Below, one piece after another: positions 26,401-29,910 of a DNA stretch of 29,910 nt. The position numbers were made by a program, and so were the translations under genes. Numbering within the stretch: position 1 is the first letter of the stretch; every line of letters starts with the position of its first letter. The notes beneath the pieces are model-generated. The model ran no database searches and was not told the origin of the DNA. It worked only from the letters and a program-made list of their open reading frames with translations. Location of the stretch: the NCBI GenBank assembly GCA_046485285.1, contig JAWOHE010000060.1, positions 1 to 29,910 of the forward strand, given 5' to 3'. This stretch comes from a bacterium (GTDB taxonomy: Bacteria; Hydrothermota; Tepidihabitantia; Tepidihabitantales; Tepidihabitantaceae).

Positions 26401-27228
26401 ATGGGTCTCTGGGCGCGGGTCGCGGGCGTTGACCGGCGGGTCCTGTACCTGCTGCTGGCGCTGGCGGTGGCGGTACCGCTACTCGTGCGGCCGAAGGCGG
26501 ATATCCGGGTGTCCGAGCCGGTGCGCGACGCGTTCGCGGCGGTTGACCGGCTGCCGGCCGGGTCGGTGGTGATGATATCGATCGACTTCGACCCGTCCTC
26601 GGCGCCCGAGCTCCAGCCGATGCTCGTCGCGATCCTGCGCCACTCGTTCCGGAAGGGGCTCAGGGTCATCGTCACCGGCCAGCTCGCGCTCGGCCTGCCG
26701 ATGGCGGAGATTGCGCTCAACCAGGTCGCGCCCGAGCTGGGCGCCGAGTACGGCCGGGACTACGTCAACATCGGCTACCGGCCGGGGTACAGCGCGCTGA
26801 TGGTCGGCATCGGCAGGGAAATCCGGGACTTCTTCCGGACCGACTACCGGGGCGTACCGGTTGACAGCTTCGAGTTCATGAGGTCGGTGCACAGCTACCG
26901 CGACATCGCGCTTCTCGTGACGCTCGCCCACGGCGCGGTGGCCGACGCCTGGATTCAGTTCGTCGGCGGTCGGTTCGACCAGCGGATAGTCGCCGGCGTG
27001 ACCGGGGTGAACGCGCCGAACATGTATCCCTACCTGCAGGCTGGGCAGATTGCCGGGCTCATCGGCGGCCTGCAGGGCGCGGCCGAGTACGAGCGGCTCA
27101 TCGAGCAGCCGGGCTCGGCAACGCTCGGGATGCCGGCGCAGGCCTGGGCGCACGGGCTCATCATCATCCTGCTCATCATCGGCAACCTCGGCTACCTGCT
27201 CTCGCGCCGGCGCGGGGAGAAGCGGTGA
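26401..27228 (+). CDS. uncharacterised membrane-anchored protein (DUF6754 cluster)
   Basis: N- and C-terminal TM; YGRDYVNIGYRPG and YPYLQAGQIAGLIGGLQGAAEYE motifs. Confidence 0.85.
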   Translation: MGLWARVAGVDRRVLYLLLALAVAVPLLVRPKADIRVSEPVRDAFAAVDRLPAGSVVMISIDFDPSSAPELQPMLVAILRHSFRKGLRVIVTGQLALGLPMAEIALNQVAPELGAEYGRDYVNIGYRPGYSALMVGIGREIRDFFRTDYRGVPVDSFEFMRSVHSYRDIALLVTLAHGAVADAWIQFVGGRFDQRIVAGVTGVNAPNMYPYLQAGQIAGLIGGLQGAAEYERLIEQPGSATLGMPAQAWAHGLIIILLIIGNLGYLLSRRRGEKR

Positions 27229-27851
27229 TTTCGAGCATCATCGGGACCTGGGTCGCGGCGACGCTGACCCTGGCGATCCTGAGTTTCCTGTTCCGCGACA
27301 ACCCGCTCTACAAGGTCGCCGAGCACCTCTACGTCGGCATCTCGGCCGGGTTCGCAATCATCTACACCTGGGCCTTCGACGTCTACCCGATGCTGGTCGT
27401 CGCGTTCCGGGACCACATCGCGGCCGGCAACCGGCTCGAGGCGTGGATACTGGCCGTGCCGGCACTGCTCGGGGTCGTGATGCTGTCGCGCTCGATCCCG
27501 AAGATCGCTTGGATTTCGCGCTGGCCGATATCGTTCACCATCGGCATCGGCGCCGGGCTCGGCCTGGTCGCGGCCGTCCAGGGCTATCTGCTGCCGCAGA
27601 TATCGGACACGCTCCGGCCGCTGGTGACGGCAAACAACCTCATCCTGTTCGTCGGGGTCATCACGACGCTGTTCTATTTCTACTTCTCGAAGGAGCACAG
27701 TGGCGCGCTGGGCGTGGTGTCGCGGGTCGGCATCGTGTTCATAATGGTCGCCTTCGGGGCGTCGTTCGGCTACACGATAATGGCCCGGGTGTCGCTGCTC
27801 ATCGGCAGGTTCTACTTCCTGCTCCACGACTGGCTCGGGGTCATCCGCTAG
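27225..27851 (+). CDS. uncharacterised multi-pass membrane protein (DUF6754 cluster)
   Basis: GTGA overlap with the upstream stop; SFLFRDNPLYKVAEHLYVG, LFYFYFS and FGASFGYTIMARVSLL motifs. Confidence 0.85.
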   Translation: MISSIIGTWVAATLTLAILSFLFRDNPLYKVAEHLYVGISAGFAIIYTWAFDVYPMLVVAFRDHIAAGNRLEAWILAVPALLGVVMLSRSIPKIAWISRWPISFTIGIGAGLGLVAAVQGYLLPQISDTLRPLVTANNLILFVGVITTLFYFYFSKEHSGALGVVSRVGIVFIMVAFGASFGYTIMARVSLLIGRFYFLLHDWLGVIR

Positions 27852-27860
27852 GAACTTCGC

Positions 27861-28328
27861 TTGCCGACCCGGCTCCGTCCGATGTGCGAAGCCGACCTCG
27901 ACCGGGTCGTCGAGCTCGAGCGGGTGACCTTCGCCTTCCCTTGGCACCGCCGGTCCTTCCTCGTCGATTGCTCGCGGCAGCGCGCGCTGGCCATCGTCGC
28001 GGACGATGGCGGAGTCGTGAACGGCTACGCGGTCGTCTGGCTCGAGGGCGACGAACTCCACGTCGCCAACATCGCGGTCGCGTCGGCTTCACGCCGGCAG
28101 GGCACCGGCTCGGCGCTCCTTGCCGCGGCCGTCGAGCACGGCCGGGAGAAAGGCGCCCGGAGCTGCTACCTCGAGGTGCGGGAAACCAATGTCGGGGCGC
28201 TGGCGTTCTATCGTCGGCACGGCTTCATCATCACCGGTTTCCGGCGCGGCTACTACCCGGACGGCGAAACCGCGGTGGTGATGGAACGCGACATCGAGCC
28301 GTCCGGGTTCGTCCCGGCCGGCGGTTGA
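27861..28328 (+). CDS. rimI: ribosomal protein S18 alanine N-acetyltransferase (GNAT)
   Basis: FAFPW, ELHVANIAV, RRQGTG, LEVRETN, FYRRHGF, RRGYYPDGETAVVM. Confidence 0.88.
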   Translation: MPTRLRPMCEADLDRVVELERVTFAFPWHRRSFLVDCSRQRALAIVADDGGVVNGYAVVWLEGDELHVANIAVASASRRQGTGSALLAAAVEHGREKGARSCYLEVRETNVGALAFYRRHGFIITGFRRGYYPDGETAVVMERDIEPSGFVPAGG

Positions 28329-28348
28329 GTTGCCCGGCGGCCCGCAGG

Positions 28349-28695
28349 CTAGCGGTACCGGTCGCGGCAGGTGATTTCGGAGAGCGACTTTCGGTCCCGG
28401 GGCTTTGCCTCGCGGGCCGGGTAGCCGAGCGGGGTGAGGGCGATCGGTTTCACTCCCTCGGGAATACCGAGGACCTTGCGCACCTCTTCCTCGACGAACG
28501 CTCCTATCCAGCAGGTACCGAGGCCTTCCGCGGCCGCGGCGAGAATCATGTGCTCGAGCGTGATGGTCACGTCGACCGCCTCGGCGCTCCAGTAGCCGCC
28601 CATCCCGCCCCAGGCTTCCTGGGATACCGCGCAGCCACAGATGACGACCGGTGCCTCGGCGATGAACTTCTGGCCCCGGCAGGCCGGGACGAGGT
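28349..28695 (-). pseudogene. 5'-truncated nitroreductase family protein
   Basis: GQKFIAEAPVVI, DVTITLEHMILAAAAEGLGTCWIGAF and LTPLGYP are present. The N-terminal RRSxR/APSxxNxQPW part is absent and the frame runs into the RAYT element end. Confidence 0.8.
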
Positions 28696-28763
28696 AATTC
28701 CGGTAATTCCGGGGACGCAATAAGTGATTGTTGACATCAGCGGGGTTTGGCCTACAGTGACGC

Positions 28764-29506
28764 ATGGCACGATGGGCGAGAGTGGTCGTACCGACCGTGC
28801 CGCACCACGTGACGCAGCGAGGCACGCGGCGCCAGGACGTGTTCTTCCGGGACGACGACTACGAAGCCTACCCGCGGTTGATGCGGGAGTGGTGCGACAA
28901 GGAGGGAGTGGCGGTCTGGGCCTATTGCCTGATGCCGAACCACGTGCACCTCGTCGCCGTGCCCGAGACCGAGGCCGGGCTGGCGCGGGCAATCGGCGAG
29001 GCGCATCGGCGCTACACCCGGCAGGTCAACTTCCGGGAGGATTGGCGCGGCTACCTGTGGCAGGGGCGGTTCGCCTCGTGCCCGATGGACGAACACTACC
29101 TGCTGGCAGCGGTGCGGTACGTTGAGCGGAACCCGGTACGGGCGCGGCTGGCGAAACGCGCATGGGACACTACCTGCTGGCAGCGGTGCGGTACGTTGAG
29201 CGGAACCCGGTACGGGCGCGGCTGGCGAAACGTGCATGGGATTATCCCTGGTCGAGCGCCGCGGCCCACCTGCGCGGACAGGACGACGTGCTGGTGAAGG
29301 TCAGGCCGATGCTCGAGCGGGTTGCCGACTGGCACGAATACCTCGGCCAGAAACCGCCAGCGTCAGAAGCGGAAGCGCTGCGGCTCCACAACCGGACAGG
29401 ACGCCCGCTGGGGAGCGAGACCTTCGTGGAGAAACTGGAGCGACTCGTGGGCCGCACCCTGAAACCGCAGAAGCCCGGCCCCAAAGGACCGAGGAAGCAC
29501 AAATGA
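28764..29506 (+). pseudogene. Y1/HUH REP-associated tyrosine transposase, frameshifted by a 74-bp duplication
   Basis: PHHVTQRG, AYCLMPNHVHL (HUH), GYLWQGRF, YVERNPVRA (catalytic Tyr), YPWSSA, RTGRPLG. Removing one repeat copy gives an intact 222-aa ORF. Confidence 0.88.
29093..29240. repeat. 74-bp direct tandem duplication
   Basis: 29093-29166 and 29167-29240 are identical at 73/74 positions (C29159 vs T29233). Confidence 0.92.
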
Positions 29507-29555
29507 CCGGTCGAGCGAAGCATAATCGTTTATTATGTCCCCGGAACTAACCGTA

Positions 29556-29615
29556 ACTCCCCCGGTAACCCCGGGAGTTACTGGGGGGGTAACCCCGGGG
29601 GTAGGGGAGGGGGTA
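29556..29615. repeat. degenerate 12-nt G/C-run tandem repeat (5 units)
   Basis: actcccccggta/accccgggagtt/actgggggggta/accccgggggta/ggggagggggta; also self-complementary (GTAACTCCC...GGGAGTTAC). Confidence 0.6.
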
Positions 29616-29723
29616 AAATTCAGATATGAATGAAGCTCTTATTATCCAAATGGTTGTGACGATTCTTGAAATGATGGGACCGTTAGTTATAACTCACATT
29701 GCCAAATGGAAATGGGGGTAGTG

Positions 29724-29910
29724 GAGCTTGTCCAGAAACCTCGGCGGGTTGCAGTGCTGACTGACGAGATGGATTGATGTTCGAAGTCCGTGCTGCGATT
29801 GACTGAGGTCCGGCCCGGGCTATGTGGACCAGGCCAGCTTGGCGGTGCCGCCTGCCACCAGCCGGCTGAGCTTCAGTAGGTTGTGTGCAATTGTCGCCCA
29901 CTTCCATTCG
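29724..29910 (-). mobile_element. right end of an IS1182-like insertion sequence (partial)
   Basis: Transposase C-terminus followed by an IR-like end TTTCTGGACAAGCTC (minus strand, ending at 29724). Confidence 0.6.
29820..29910 (-). CDS. IS1182-family transposase C-terminal fragment (partial)
   Basis: Manual translation EWKWATIAHNLLKLSRLVAGGTAKLAWST* matches the EWxLxxxAHNLxKL C-terminal motif of DDE_Tnp_1_6-type transposases; not in the ORF track. Confidence 0.7.
   Translation of the reverse strand, partial: EWKWATIAHNLLKLSRLVAGGTAKLAWST

Larger units (their letters stand above)
28704..29549 (+). mobile_element. RAYT (REP-associated tyrosine transposase) element bounded by 26-bp imperfect inverted repeats
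   Basis: Left TAATTCCGGGGACGCAATAAGTGATT (28704-29) versus the reverse complement of the right end (29524-49) TAGTTCCGGGGACATAATAAACGATT: 21/26 identical. Internal TTGACA-N16-TACAGT promoter. Confidence 0.75.

Noticed and set aside
28696-28825. Track N-terminus of the nitroreductase (MPRCVTWC...)
   Set aside because: It is antisense RAYT and IR sequence with no nitroreductase motifs.
29093-29240. CRISPR array (also considered for 18860-18955 and 29556-29615)
   Set aside because: No repeat-spacer alternation and no cas genes; these are direct tandem repeats.

Overview
High-GC bacterial window. Gene content (several secreted proteins with T9SS/FlgD-Ig-like C-terminal sorting domains, a C25 gingipain-like protease, a TPR-sigma54 activator, a DUF6754 membrane cluster) resembles candidate phylum WOR-3/FCB-type bacteria; this is inferred. 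Left to right: a partial S8 protease; an ECF sigma/zf-HC2 anti-sigma/DUF4097/PDZ operon; two paralogous tiny Cys-rich proteins; a TPR-bEBP followed by a UAS-IHF-sigma54 promoter driving a small secreted peptide; C25 and M28 peptidases; a TPR protein; an RRM protein with a structured leader; xth; a LiaF-like protein; a Kelch protein; two tandem secreted paralogs; a 4-gene DUF6754 membrane cluster; rimI; a truncated nitroreductase; a frameshifted RAYT element; and the end of an IS1182-like element. Main finding: the tandem paralogs (21590-23419 and 23505-24404, minus strand) each have an in-frame TGA at the same homologous codon (186). Each TGA is followed exactly 11 nt later by a near-identical, covarying hairpin (SECIS-like). 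This points to a candidate new family of secreted selenoproteins, each of which the ORF track splits in two.
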